From: Candidatus Saccharibacteria bacterium CPR2 | GTDB taxonomy: Bacteria > Patescibacteriota > Saccharimonadia > Saccharimonadales > QWHN01 | DNA: 64,000 nucleotides | Assembly (NCBI GenBank): GCA_021404905.1 | Contig: QWHN01000002.1 | Span: 77,582 to 141,581 of the forward strand | Direction of reading: 5' to 3' | In this document: in pieces, positions 12,310 through 20,950 of the stretch | Layout: every line of letters starts with the position of its first letter | Position numbering within the stretch: the stretch's first letter is position 1 | The notes under the pieces: model-generated | The model's input: only the letters and a program-made list of their open reading frames with translations | Told to the model about the DNA's origin: nothing | The model's database searches: none | Translations under genes and position numbers: made by a program

Positions 12310-12343
12310 TTTTTTTAATACCATCTAAATAAGGGTCTGGTTT

Positions 12344-12955
12344 ATGAAGGCAATTATTGGCCGTAAGCTAGGAATGTCAGAAATTATTGACGATAAAGGC
12401 AGATTTATCCCTGTGACTTATATTCAAGCCGACCCATGTTCAGTGACACAGATTAAAAATATGGAAACCGATGGATATAGCGCTTTGCAAGTAGGATTTG
12501 AAAAATCAGATAAAATAAACAAACCAATGAGTGGGCATCTCAAGAAAATAAACGCCAAGTATAAGCACCTAAAAGAATTCAGAATCGATGCATCCAGCGA
12601 AGAATCAATCAAAGTTGGAGATTCGCTAGACGTATCGATGTTCAACCCAGGGGATAAGGTAACTGTTTCCGGTATTAGCAAAGGTAAAGGATTTGCCGGT
12701 ACGGTTAAGCGATGGAATTTTAATACAGGCCCAAAAACACATGGTTCCCGCAATTATAGAAAGCCGGGTTCTATTGGTTCTATGTATCCTCAGAAAATAT
12801 TTAAAGGCAAGAAGATGGCCGGACAAATGGGCAGCGAAAAAACAACTGTAAAAAATCTTGATGTCGTAATTGTAGATAGCCAGCAGCAAGTTATTGGACT
12901 GCGCGGAGCAGTTCCCGGACCAAGAAAAGGTTTAGTTACTATTATAGGAAATTAA
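12344..12955 (+). CDS. rplC: 50S ribosomal protein L3
   Basis: MKAIIGRKLGMS...FAGTVKRWNFNTGPKTHGS is an L3 signature. Confidence 0.98.
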   Translation: MKAIIGRKLGMSEIIDDKGRFIPVTYIQADPCSVTQIKNMETDGYSALQVGFEKSDKINKPMSGHLKKINAKYKHLKEFRIDASSEESIKVGDSLDVSMFNPGDKVTVSGISKGKGFAGTVKRWNFNTGPKTHGSRNYRKPGSIGSMYPQKIFKGKKMAGQMGSEKTTVKNLDVVIVDSQQQVIGLRGAVPGPRKGLVTIIGN

Positions 12956-12959
12956 CAAG

Positions 12960-13601
12960 ATGTCGATAAAAATGTTTACCAGTAGTGGTTCAGAATCAAC
13001 AAAGACCGTGTCTTTGCCTAAGTCTATTTTTGGTATTAAGACTCCTAATAATGAGTTGTTGAAAAAAAGTTACCTCAGACACCTCGCTAATTCCCGTTCC
13101 AACAGTGCGGTGACGCTTGATAGAAGCGAAGTGCGAGGTGGCGGTAGAAAGCCGTGGAGGCAAAAAGGTACGGGACGAGCAAGAGTTGGTTCGATTAGAT
13201 CACCTTTGTGGAGGAGTGGCGGCGTCACATTTGGCCCTACAAACCAGCGAAATTACTCTATAAATATGTCGAAATCTGAAAAAAGGTGTGCCCTAAAACA
13301 TGCTCTTAGCTTGGCAGCAACTGATAAGAAAATTAAGGTTATAGATGGCTTCAAACTCAAAGAAGGTAAAACCAAAGAGGTTGTGGCTTTGCTTGATAAA
13401 TTAGGCGCGCATAGAAATACATTAGTAGTTGACATTGAAAAATCACCCGAGTTAATAAGGGCAACAAGTAACATTCAAAGAGTGTTTCTTTGCACGGCTA
13501 AATACTTAAGTGTTTACCGAGTTTTGAACGCAGACGACATCATTATTACTAAACCAGCTCTTGAAGAAGTAGAGAAGATGCTAGGAGAAGACAATGGTTA
13601 G
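12960..13601 (+). CDS. rplD: 50S ribosomal protein L4
   Basis: GGGRKPWRQKGTGRARVGSIRSPLWRSGGVTFGP is an L4 signature. Confidence 0.97.
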   Translation: MSIKMFTSSGSESTKTVSLPKSIFGIKTPNNELLKKSYLRHLANSRSNSAVTLDRSEVRGGGRKPWRQKGTGRARVGSIRSPLWRSGGVTFGPTNQRNYSINMSKSEKRCALKHALSLAATDKKIKVIDGFKLKEGKTKEVVALLDKLGAHRNTLVVDIEKSPELIRATSNIQRVFLCTAKYLSVYRVLNADDIIITKPALEEVEKMLGEDNG

Positions 13602-13908
13602 TGAATCATCTCTCAGTCCAGTCGCAGCTTTGCCAAAAATCAGCGAGAAGGCTTATAAATCTTCAGATGCTAATCAATATGTATTTATATTTCCGACTAA
13701 CATCAATAAAAATCAGATTAAAAATATAGTCCAGAATCAGTTTAATGTTACGGTAACTGAGGTAAAAACAGCGATTATCAAAGGCAAGCCCAAACGAACC
13801 GTTTCAAAGAGACGAAGTCCGATGCAGGGTAAGCGCAAAGATGTGAAAAAGGCATACGTATCACTGAAAAAAGGCGATAAAATAGATATCTTTGAGGAAG
13901 GCAAATAA
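13594..13908 (+). CDS. rplW: 50S ribosomal protein L23
   Basis: Position between rplD and rplB. Has the L23-like core YVFIFPTNINKNQIKNIVQNQFNVTV. Overlaps rplD by 8 nt. Confidence 0.93.
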   Translation: MVSESSLSPVAALPKISEKAYKSSDANQYVFIFPTNINKNQIKNIVQNQFNVTVTEVKTAIIKGKPKRTVSKRRSPMQGKRKDVKKAYVSLKKGDKIDIFEEGK

Positions 13909-14745
13909 ATGGCAGTTAAAACTTACAAACCAGTTACGCCAGCAAGACGGGGAATGACAACACCCTCTACTGATGAAATTACCACAAAAAAACCACTTAG
14001 GTCTCTTATCGTTGCTAAAAAAAGATTGTCTGGCAGAAATAATCAGGGGCGTATTACCGTTAGGCATAGGGGCGGCGGTGCTAAATCTTACTATCGCCTC
14101 GTTGATTTTAAACTCAATGATAGTTTTGAAGGTATTATTGAGCACATTGAATATGACCCCGGGCGTTCTGCGCACATTGCCCGAGTAAAAGGAAAAGACG
14201 ATAAGCACCGATATATCCTAGCTGGTAATAACATGAAAATAGGCCAAAAAATTCACGGCGGGAACGAAGCGCCTATTTCCAGCCACAACAGAATGCCTTT
14301 GGAAAAAATTCCTGTTGGAAGCTTTATATATAATATTGAGTTGTCCAAAAATCGCGGCGGCCAACTGGCCCGCAGTGCTGGAGCTTACGCCCAGCTTATG
14401 GCCAAAGAAGGCAGCTATGCTAACGTAAGACTTCCGAGCGGTGAAGTCAGATTAGTTAATTTGGCATGTTATGCCACAATCGGCAGCGTTGGCAATGTTA
14501 GCCACCAAAATGTTAAAATTGGCAGCGCTGGACGAAAACGTCGCATGGGGCGACGTCCTCAAGTAAGAGGCAAAGTGATGAATGCTGTTGACCATCCTCA
14601 TGGTGGCGGTGACGGTGGTGCTCATGGAGTTGGACGTAACCCTAAAACTCCTTGGGGGCAAAAGGCGCTGGGATATAAAACGCGCCGACGCAAGTCGAGT
14701 AATAAACTAATTGTCCGTTCCAGACATATGAGTAAAAGGAAATAA
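13909..14745 (+). CDS. rplB: 50S ribosomal protein L2
   Basis: [15 protein letters not shown]...[14 protein letters not shown] is an L2 signature. Confidence 0.98.
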   Translation: MAVKTYKPVTPARRGMTTPSTDEITTKKPLRSLIVAKKRLSGRNNQGRITVRHRGGGAKSYYRLVDFKLNDSFEGIIEHIEYDPGRSAHIARVKGKDDKHRYILAGNNMKIGQKIHGGNEAPISSHNRMPLEKIPVGSFIYNIELSKNRGGQLARSAGAYAQLMAKEGSYANVRLPSGEVRLVNLACYATIGSVGNVSHQNVKIGSAGRKRRMGRRPQVRGKVMNAVDHPHGGGDGGAHGVGRNPKTPWGQKALGYKTRRRKSSNKLIVRSRHMSKRK

Positions 14746-14747
14746 AG

Positions 14748-15023
14748 ATGAGTAGATCACTGAAAAAAGGACCGTTTATAGACCCCAAATTATCAACCAA
14801 AGTCGGAGCTCTATCAAAAGAAGATAGAACCGTTATTAAAACATGGGCACGAGCAAGTGTTGTTTCCCCGGAAATGGTAGGACGTACCATAGCTGTACAT
14901 AATGGAAAAGTGCACGTACCAGTGTTTATTTCAGAGAATATGGTTGGACATAAATTGGGCGAATTTGCTCCAACCAGAAAATTCAGAAGTCACGGCGGTA
15001 AATTAGCCAAGGAAAAGAAATAA
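14748..15023 (+). CDS. rpsS: 30S ribosomal protein S19
   Basis: [12 protein letters not shown]...[35 protein letters not shown]. Confidence 0.98.
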   Translation: MSRSLKKGPFIDPKLSTKVGALSKEDRTVIKTWARASVVSPEMVGRTIAVHNGKVHVPVFISENMVGHKLGEFAPTRKFRSHGGKLAKEKK

Positions 15024-15027
15024 GTAT

Positions 15028-15462
15028 ATGAACAATAAAGTAACTGCTATCAGTAAAGGCGTATTATTATCTCCGCGAAAGGTTGGGGTGGTTGCGGATT
15101 TAGTTCGTGGCAGATCTGTAAAAGACGCTCTTGTCATACTTGAGCACACCCCACGTCGAGCCGCTATCCCTGTATCAAAGGCAATAGCAAGCGCTAAAGC
15201 TAATGCTCAAAACAATCTCAAATTAAGCGAAGATTCTCTAGTTTTGTCCGAAATTACTGTCAGTCACGGTGCGAGGATGAAAAGATACAGGCCGGCAGCA
15301 CATGGCCGGGCGTTGCCTTACAAAAAGCGTTCTTCACACATTAAAGTCGTGCTTGAAGGTACAGAAATAGTTAAGAAAAAATCCGCGGTAAAAAGCACTA
15401 AGACGAGCTCAGTTAAAGATAGCGACAATATCTCGTCAAAAGATAAGAAGGAGAAAGCCTAA
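15028..15462 (+). CDS. rplV: 50S ribosomal protein L22 (with Lys/Ser-rich C-terminal extension)
   Basis: SPRKVGVVADLVRGRSVKDALVILEHTPRRAA is an L22 core. About 35 extra C-terminal residues. Confidence 0.96.
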   Translation: MNNKVTAISKGVLLSPRKVGVVADLVRGRSVKDALVILEHTPRRAAIPVSKAIASAKANAQNNLKLSEDSLVLSEITVSHGARMKRYRPAAHGRALPYKKRSSHIKVVLEGTEIVKKKSAVKSTKTSSVKDSDNISSKDKKEKA

Positions 15463-16091
15463 TGGGCCAAAAAGTAAACCCCATCAGCATGAGACTTCAG
15501 GTTAATAAAGACTGGCGATCGAAGTGGTTTGCTGAAAAGAATATGTATCGCGAATACTTGGAACAAGATCTTAAAGTAAGATGTTTTATAGAAGAGAAAT
15601 TCAAAAGCAGAGCGGCTATTTCAAGGATCGATATTGAAAGGTCTCCAAATCTGGTTACTGTTACAATATTTACCGCCAAAGCCGGTGTTGTTATAGGACG
15701 CGGCGGAACGGGCGCTCAGGACATTAAAACTGAGGTTGAGAAGATTTTTAAAGTGCCAGTCAGGATCAATATCGAGGAAGTAAAGAAGCCGGAATTACAT
15801 GCTAAACTTGTTGCCGAAAATATAGCCCACCAACTAGAGAAAAGGGTTGCATTTAGGCGAGCTATGAAATCTGCGCTAGCGGCGTCTATAAGAGCTGGGG
15901 CTAAAGGGGTGCGAATTGAAATGGCCGGCAGATTGGGTGGTTCAGAGATGGCAAGAAGAGAAAAAGAAATTGAAGGTTCCGTTCCCTTGCACACGTTAAG
16001 AGCAGATATTGACTATGCTCTCGCTGTTGCAAAAACTGGCGCAGGAACAATCGGCGTAAAAGTATGGATTTATAAAGGTGAAAGCCAATAA
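15462..16091 (+). CDS. rpsC: 30S ribosomal protein S3
   Basis: MGQKVNPISMRLQVNKDWRSKWFA plus a KH domain and GRLGGSEMARRE. TAATG coupling to rplV. Confidence 0.98.
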   Translation: MGQKVNPISMRLQVNKDWRSKWFAEKNMYREYLEQDLKVRCFIEEKFKSRAAISRIDIERSPNLVTVTIFTAKAGVVIGRGGTGAQDIKTEVEKIFKVPVRINIEEVKKPELHAKLVAENIAHQLEKRVAFRRAMKSALAASIRAGAKGVRIEMAGRLGGSEMARREKEIEGSVPLHTLRADIDYALAVAKTGAGTIGVKVWIYKGESQ

Positions 16092-16124
16092 AAACAAGGG
16101 CTAATGAAAGTAGTGGAATAAATT

Positions 16125-16529
16125 ATGTTAATGCCAAATAAAACCAAATACAGAAAAGTCAGAAAGGGTCGTATTAAGGGCCCAGCTACTTCATGCACTG
16201 AAATAAGTTTCGGCAAGTACGGGCTGCAATCTCTCTCTGCTGAGAGAATTACCTCAAGACAAATAGAATCAGCCAGACAGGCAATGACTCGTTATGTAAA
16301 AAGAGGCGGAAGAATATGGATCAGAATATTTCCCCACACTCCTGTAACCAGAAAGCCTCAGGACGTAAAAATGGGTAGCGGAAAAGGAAATCCTGAATTT
16401 TTCGTTGCAAAAGTCAAACCGGGAACTGTCATGTTTGAAATGGATGATGTATCAGAAGAACAAGCACGAGAAGCTATGAGACTTGCATCGCATAAGTTAC
16501 CAGTAAAAACAAGGTTTATCGTAAAATAG
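16125..16529 (+). CDS. rplP: 50S ribosomal protein L16
   Basis: [19 protein letters not shown]...[16 protein letters not shown]. Confidence 0.98.
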   Translation: MLMPNKTKYRKVRKGRIKGPATSCTEISFGKYGLQSLSAERITSRQIESARQAMTRYVKRGGRIWIRIFPHTPVTRKPQDVKMGSGKGNPEFFVAKVKPGTVMFEMDDVSEEQAREAMRLASHKLPVKTRFIVK

Positions 16530-16538
16530 GCTGTTAAT

Positions 16539-16751
16539 ATGAAAAAGATAACAATTAAAGACATCCGCAAAAAATCGCTCTCAGAAATTGAGAAGCAGAT
16601 ATCACAAAATCGCAACAAGCTTGTGTCCTTGAGGCAAGATTTATATTCTTCACAGGTTAAGAATATAAGACAAATAAGACAAGTGCGTAAGGATATCGCA
16701 AGATTGCTAACAATTGCTAACGAAAAAAAGCTGGAAAAGGAGAAAGAATAA
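16539..16751 (+). CDS. rpmC: 50S ribosomal protein L29
   Basis: 70 aa between rplP and rpsQ. Has the L29-like helical LRKKSLSEIEKQISQNRNKLVSLR. Confidence 0.92.
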   Translation: MKKITIKDIRKKSLSEIEKQISQNRNKLVSLRQDLYSSQVKNIRQIRQVRKDIARLLTIANEKKLEKEKE

Positions 16752-16752
16752 T

Positions 16753-17013
16753 ATGGCTCGCTCACTCACAGGAACAGTTACGTCCACTGCAAATGAAAAG
16801 ACTATAACGGTCTCTGTTGTTAGACATGTAACCCATCCTGTATACAAAAAGCGTTATCTGGTAACTAAGAAATATGCTGCTCATGACGAAAAGTCAGAAA
16901 GTGAGATTAATGATCTGGTTGAAATTATTGAAACCAGACCAATCAGCAAAACTAAAACCTGGAAATTATCCAAGGTTATTAAAAAAGCTCCGAAATTGCA
17001 TAAGGAAAAATAA
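16753..17013 (+). CDS. rpsQ: 30S ribosomal protein S17
   Basis: ORF 16714..17013 trimmed to ATG 16753, giving [34 protein letters not shown]. This is 2 nt after the rpmC stop. Confidence 0.95.
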   Translation: MARSLTGTVTSTANEKTITVSVVRHVTHPVYKKRYLVTKKYAAHDEKSESEINDLVEIIETRPISKTKTWKLSKVIKKAPKLHKEK

Positions 17014-17381
17014 TGATTCAGCAAGAAAGTAGATTACGAGTTACAGACAACAGCGGCGCAAAAGAAATACTTTGCATTCGAGTACTTGGCGGATCAAGAC
17101 GTCGCTATGCCCGAGTCGGAGATATTATAACCGCTACAGTTAAAGACGCCCTGCCAAACGGCAATGTCAAGAAAAAACAAGTAGTCAAGGCTGTGGTTGT
17201 AAGAACTAAAAATGCAATTAAAAGGGCTGATGGTACAATTGTCAAGTTCGACGATAACGCGGCTGTAATTATTGGTGATGACAAAATGCCTAAAGGCACA
17301 AGAATTTTTGGTCCTGTCCCTAGAGAGTTAAGAGATAAAGGCTATATGAAGATTATTTCACTGGCTCCGGAGGTGCTATAA
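17013..17381 (+). CDS. rplN: 50S ribosomal protein L14
   Basis: [28 protein letters not shown] is canonical L14. TAATG coupling. Confidence 0.98.
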   Translation: MIQQESRLRVTDNSGAKEILCIRVLGGSRRRYARVGDIITATVKDALPNGNVKKKQVVKAVVVRTKNAIKRADGTIVKFDDNAAVIIGDDKMPKGTRIFGPVPRELRDKGYMKIISLAPEVL

Positions 17382-17383
17382 AG

Positions 17384-17701
17384 ATGAAAATAAAAAAGGG
17401 CGATACTGTCGTTGTTATAACTGGAAAATACAAAGGTAAGAGCGGAAAGGTTTCTGAGGTCTTACCCAAGTTGAATAAAATCGTTGTAGATGGTATAAAT
17501 ATATCAAAGCGTCATAAAAAACCATCTGGGAATAAGAGCCCCGGAGGTGTATTTGAATTAACCAGGCCCATCGATGTCTCAAACGTCGGAATTATTCATC
17601 CAACAAACAAAAAGAGAACAAGCCGAGTTGGTTACAAGATTGACGATAAAGGTAAAAAACACCGAGTATATAAGCAAGTCGGTAACAAGGAGATAAAATA
17701 A
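17384..17701 (+). CDS. rplX: 50S ribosomal protein L24
   Basis: KOW motif MKIKKGDTVVVITGKYKGKSGKV. Confidence 0.97.
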   Translation: MKIKKGDTVVVITGKYKGKSGKVSEVLPKLNKIVVDGINISKRHKKPSGNKSPGGVFELTRPIDVSNVGIIHPTNKKRTSRVGYKIDDKGKKHRVYKQVGNKEIK

Positions 17702-18279
17702 TGCCAAGTCGTGAAGCGACTACAATGGACATGCCGAGACTGAAAAAGCTTTATAGTGAAAAGCTTGTTTTAGAGATTCAAAAAAAATTAGGACTTAAAA
17801 ATGTTAGTCAGGTTCCTAAAATTGAAAAAATAGTTGTGTCTGTAGGGTTGGGTAGATCAAAAGATGATAAAAGAATGTTTGAAGTAGCAAGCAACACGCT
17901 GGCAAAAATTACCGGCCAGCATCCTGTAACAACCAAGTCTCGAAAATCTATTGCCGGATTTAAATTGAGAGAAGGTCAGGCGATTGGTATGAAGGTAACT
18001 CTTAGAGACCAAAGAATGTATGAATTTTTAGATAGACTGATTCAAACTGTACTTCCTCGCGTTCGAGATTTCCACGGAGTATCAAACCATGGGTTTGACG
18101 GACATGGTAATTATTCTATTGGGTTTGCCGAGCAATCCGTTTTTCCAGAACTGAGTTATGATGACGTCTCCACGCCTCATGGTCTGCAAGTAACGATTAA
18201 TACGAACGCGAAAGACAGCGAACCTGCCAAAGTACTGCTAGAGAGTTTGGGAATGCCTTTTGCAAAGGAGAATAAATAA
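17701..18279 (+). CDS. rplE: 50S ribosomal protein L5
   Basis: [14 protein letters not shown]...FRGVS-like [28 protein letters not shown]. Confidence 0.97.
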   Translation: MPSREATTMDMPRLKKLYSEKLVLEIQKKLGLKNVSQVPKIEKIVVSVGLGRSKDDKRMFEVASNTLAKITGQHPVTTKSRKSIAGFKLREGQAIGMKVTLRDQRMYEFLDRLIQTVLPRVRDFHGVSNHGFDGHGNYSIGFAEQSVFPELSYDDVSTPHGLQVTINTNAKDSEPAKVLLESLGMPFAKENK

Positions 18280-18548
18280 TGCCAAGGAAATCCATCATCG
18301 AACGAGATAAAAAGAGGCAAAAAATGATCGCTAAATATGCCGATAAAAGAGCCCAGTTGAAAGAAATTGGCGATTATGATGGTCTTGCCAAATTACCGAG
18401 AAACAGTTCCCCTAGCAGATTAAAACACCGATGCTCTGAAACGGGGCGTACAAGAGCATATATGCGTAAATTTGGGCTTTCGCGTTTATCATTTAGAGAA
18501 CATGCGGCTAAAGGTGAGATCCCTGGCATAACAAAGTCGAGCTGGTAG
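18279..18548 (+). CDS. rpsN: 30S ribosomal protein S14, long cysteine-free (C-) form
   Basis: 89 aa ending [27 protein letters not shown]. No CxxC pairs. Confidence 0.96.
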   Translation: MPRKSIIERDKKRQKMIAKYADKRAQLKEIGDYDGLAKLPRNSSPSRLKHRCSETGRTRAYMRKFGLSRLSFREHAAKGEIPGITKSSW

Positions 18549-18560
18549 GAGATAAATATA

Positions 18561-18629
18561 ATGAACACAGGACATGCCATAGATAAAAAATCCCGAATAT
18601 ATTGCTATGCAAGAAGGGAGCAAGCGTAA
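18561..18629 (+). CDS. candidate 22-codon upstream ORF coupled to rpsH
   Basis: AGGAG at 18547-18551 lies 9 nt before ATG 18561. Peptide is MNTGHAIDKKSRIYCYARREQA. Its TAA overlaps the rpsH ATG (TAATG). It was below the ORF-track size cut-off. Confidence 0.3.
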   Translation: MNTGHAIDKKSRIYCYARREQA

Positions 18630-19024
18630 TGGTTTCAACAGATCCCATATCAGATATGCTAACTAGAATTCGTAATGCTATCTTAGTCAATAAAACTGAG
18701 ATTGAGTTGCCCTATTCAAAAATCAAACTTTCCATAGCTCAGTTGCTAAAAAAGGAAGGTTTTCTTGAAGATGTCAGAAAACAAGATTCTGGAGAAAGAA
18801 AATCCATTGTTATAACCATAAATAATGAAGGTTCAAACCCTGCTATTACTCACATTGAGCGCGTTTCCAAACCCGGAAGAAGATTATATGCACCAGTCGA
18901 GAAAATCCCGCGAGTTAAGCAAGGCCGAGGTATTATGGTCTTGTCAACTTCAAAAGGAATAATTTCAGATAATGAAGCGCGTAAACTTCGTCTCGGCGGC
19001 GAATTAATATGTAAGGTTTATTAA
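18629..19024 (+). CDS. rpsH: 30S ribosomal protein S8
   Basis: ORF 18602..19024 trimmed to ATG 18629, giving MVSTDPISDMLTRIRNA, the canonical S8 N-terminus. AGGGAG SD upstream. Confidence 0.96.
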   Translation: MVSTDPISDMLTRIRNAILVNKTEIELPYSKIKLSIAQLLKKEGFLEDVRKQDSGERKSIVITINNEGSNPAITHIERVSKPGRRLYAPVEKIPRVKQGRGIMVLSTSKGIISDNEARKLRLGGELICKVY

Positions 19025-19030
19025 ATCAAG

Positions 19031-19576
19031 ATGAGTCGTATTGGAAAACTACCGGTTTCAATCCCTGATAATGTCAGTGTAGAGCTCTCGGGTAACATAG
19101 TTGAAATTAAAGGCCCTAAAGGCTCGCAAATTATAGACATTCCTCGCGGCATTAGTGTTGAGAGTAAAAACAATCAAGTAATTGTTGCCAGGGTTGATGA
19201 TACCAAAGTTAATCGTTCCAACCATGGTTTGGTGCGATCGCTGTTGCAAAATGCTGTCACAGGCGTAACTGATGGGTTTAAGAAGACCCTAGAGGTAAAC
19301 GGAGTTGGATTTAAGGTAAGTTTGAGTGGCAGTACAATTAATTTGTCTTTGGGATTTTCTCATCAAATCCAATATAAAGTCCCTGATGACCTAAAAGTTG
19401 GCGTAGAGGGCAATGTTATAACAATAGAAGGATATGACAAACAAAGGGTTGGTCAGGTTGCTGCTGAAATCAGGTCTTTGAAAAAACCAGAACCATACAA
19501 AGGAAAAGGCATTAAATATTCAGATGAAACTATAATCAGAAAAGCAGGCAAGACAGCTGCAGCTGGAGGAAAGTAA
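19031..19576 (+). CDS. rplF: 50S ribosomal protein L6
   Basis: MSRIGKLPVSIPDNVSV...EPYKGKGIKY. Confidence 0.97.
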   Translation: MSRIGKLPVSIPDNVSVELSGNIVEIKGPKGSQIIDIPRGISVESKNNQVIVARVDDTKVNRSNHGLVRSLLQNAVTGVTDGFKKTLEVNGVGFKVSLSGSTINLSLGFSHQIQYKVPDDLKVGVEGNVITIEGYDKQRVGQVAAEIRSLKKPEPYKGKGIKYSDETIIRKAGKTAAAGGK

Positions 19577-19933
19577 ATGAATCGTCTAAAGGCTAAAACG
19601 CATAACAAACTAATTAGAAAACAGCGAGTTCGCTCAGTTGTTAACGGTTCAAAAGATCGACCGCGGCTAAGTGTTTATATAAGCAACTTAAATGTCTCAG
19701 CTCAAATTATTAATGACGAAGAAGGAAAAACCATCGCTTTTGCTTCTTCGGTCGGGAATAAAAATGTAAAAGGTAGTTTAACTGATAAGGCCATTTGGGT
19801 CTCAAAAGAGATTGCGAAGAAAGCAAAATCTGCTAAAGTTAAGACCGTTATTCTAGATAGAAATGGTAAAAAATACCACGGTAGGATAAAGGCGTTTGCC
19901 GAATCTGCCCGCAAGGAAGGGTTGGAGTTTTAG
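19577..19933 (+). CDS. rplR: 50S ribosomal protein L18
   Basis: RPRLSVYISNLNVSAQIINDEEGKTIAFASS...YHGRIKAFAESAREGGLEF-like ending. Confidence 0.97.
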   Translation: MNRLKAKTHNKLIRKQRVRSVVNGSKDRPRLSVYISNLNVSAQIINDEEGKTIAFASSVGNKNVKGSLTDKAIWVSKEIAKKAKSAKVKTVILDRNGKKYHGRIKAFAESARKEGLEF

Positions 19934-19935
19934 TT

Positions 19936-20442
19936 ATGTCCAGTGATCACATGCAACCAGAAACTGAATTAGAAAAAGACCAATACGACGAGCAGGTTAT
20001 TAGTATTGATAGAGTTGCTCGTGTAGTTAAAGGAGGAAGGCGGTTCAGATTTAGGGCGCTTGTAGTTACGGGTGACCACAAGTCAAAAGTAGGAGTCGGT
20101 GTTTCCAAGGGCAGCGACGTACAAAGCGCTGTTTCTAAAGCTACCGCTAAAGCTCGAAAGAATTTAATCCACATACCTATAAAAAACGGTACTATACCTC
20201 ATGATGTTACTCTAAAACACTCCGGCTCTCACGTTGTTCTTCGTCCAGCTCTTCCTGGAACCGGACTAATTGCGGGAGGTGTAATTAGAACTGTTCTGGA
20301 ACTAGGCGGTGTGCAAAATGCTCTGTCTAAATCCCTTGGTTCATCAAACAAAATTAATACAGCATATGCAACTTATAAAGCGTTAGGTGATCTAGTGCCA
20401 TCGGAACAATGGGTAACCAGAAGGAAGGTTGCTAAAAAATGA
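19936..20442 (+). CDS. rpsE: 30S ribosomal protein S5
   Basis: VISIDRVARVVKGGRRFRFRALVVTGD and LRPALPGTGLIAGG. Confidence 0.97.
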   Translation: MSSDHMQPETELEKDQYDEQVISIDRVARVVKGGRRFRFRALVVTGDHKSKVGVGVSKGSDVQSAVSKATAKARKNLIHIPIKNGTIPHDVTLKHSGSHVVLRPALPGTGLIAGGVIRTVLELGGVQNALSKSLGSSNKINTAYATYKALGDLVPSEQWVTRRKVAKK

Positions 20443-20894
20443 AAATACACCAGTTAGATATAAAATCAAATCCAGACAAAAAACGTCGTGGACGAGGAAT
20501 ATCCGCAGGCCAGGGTAAAACTGCCGGAAGAGGAACGAAGGGACAAAGTTCCAGAAGCGGCGGCAAAGTAAGGCCTGGTTTTGAAGGCGGACAGAATCCT
20601 TATATCCTTAGAGTTCCCAAGAAAAGAGGATTTTCGTCCAGAAAAACTCCCGCTGTACAGGTCAGGACTTCACAATTAAATTTGGTCAAAGGTTCAGTAG
20701 TAGACAGAGAGAAATTATACGAAGCTGGCATCATAAATAATGAGTTTTGCAAAGTCAAACTTATAAAGAAGGGTGAGATAAAAAGTAAGCTCACAGTCAA
20801 GCTTGACGGCGCCAGTAAAGGTGCGATTGAGGTAATTGAGAGCAAAGGCGGTACTTTTATAGAAACATCATCCGCCAAGAGGAGCGAATCTTAA
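20439..20894 (+). CDS. rplO: 50S ribosomal protein L15
   Basis: RRGRGISAGQGKTAGRGTKGQSSRSGG. Overlaps rpsE by 4 nt, which leaves no room for rpmD. Confidence 0.97.
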   Translation: MKIHQLDIKSNPDKKRRGRGISAGQGKTAGRGTKGQSSRSGGKVRPGFEGGQNPYILRVPKKRGFSSRKTPAVQVRTSQLNLVKGSVVDREKLYEAGIINNEFCKVKLIKKGEIKSKLTVKLDGASKGAIEVIESKGGTFIETSSAKRSES

Positions 20895-20950
20895 TAAAAT
20901 TTTTGCGAATTCTTGTTTAGAAAATTTCTTATGTGGGGTAAGGTGAGAAC

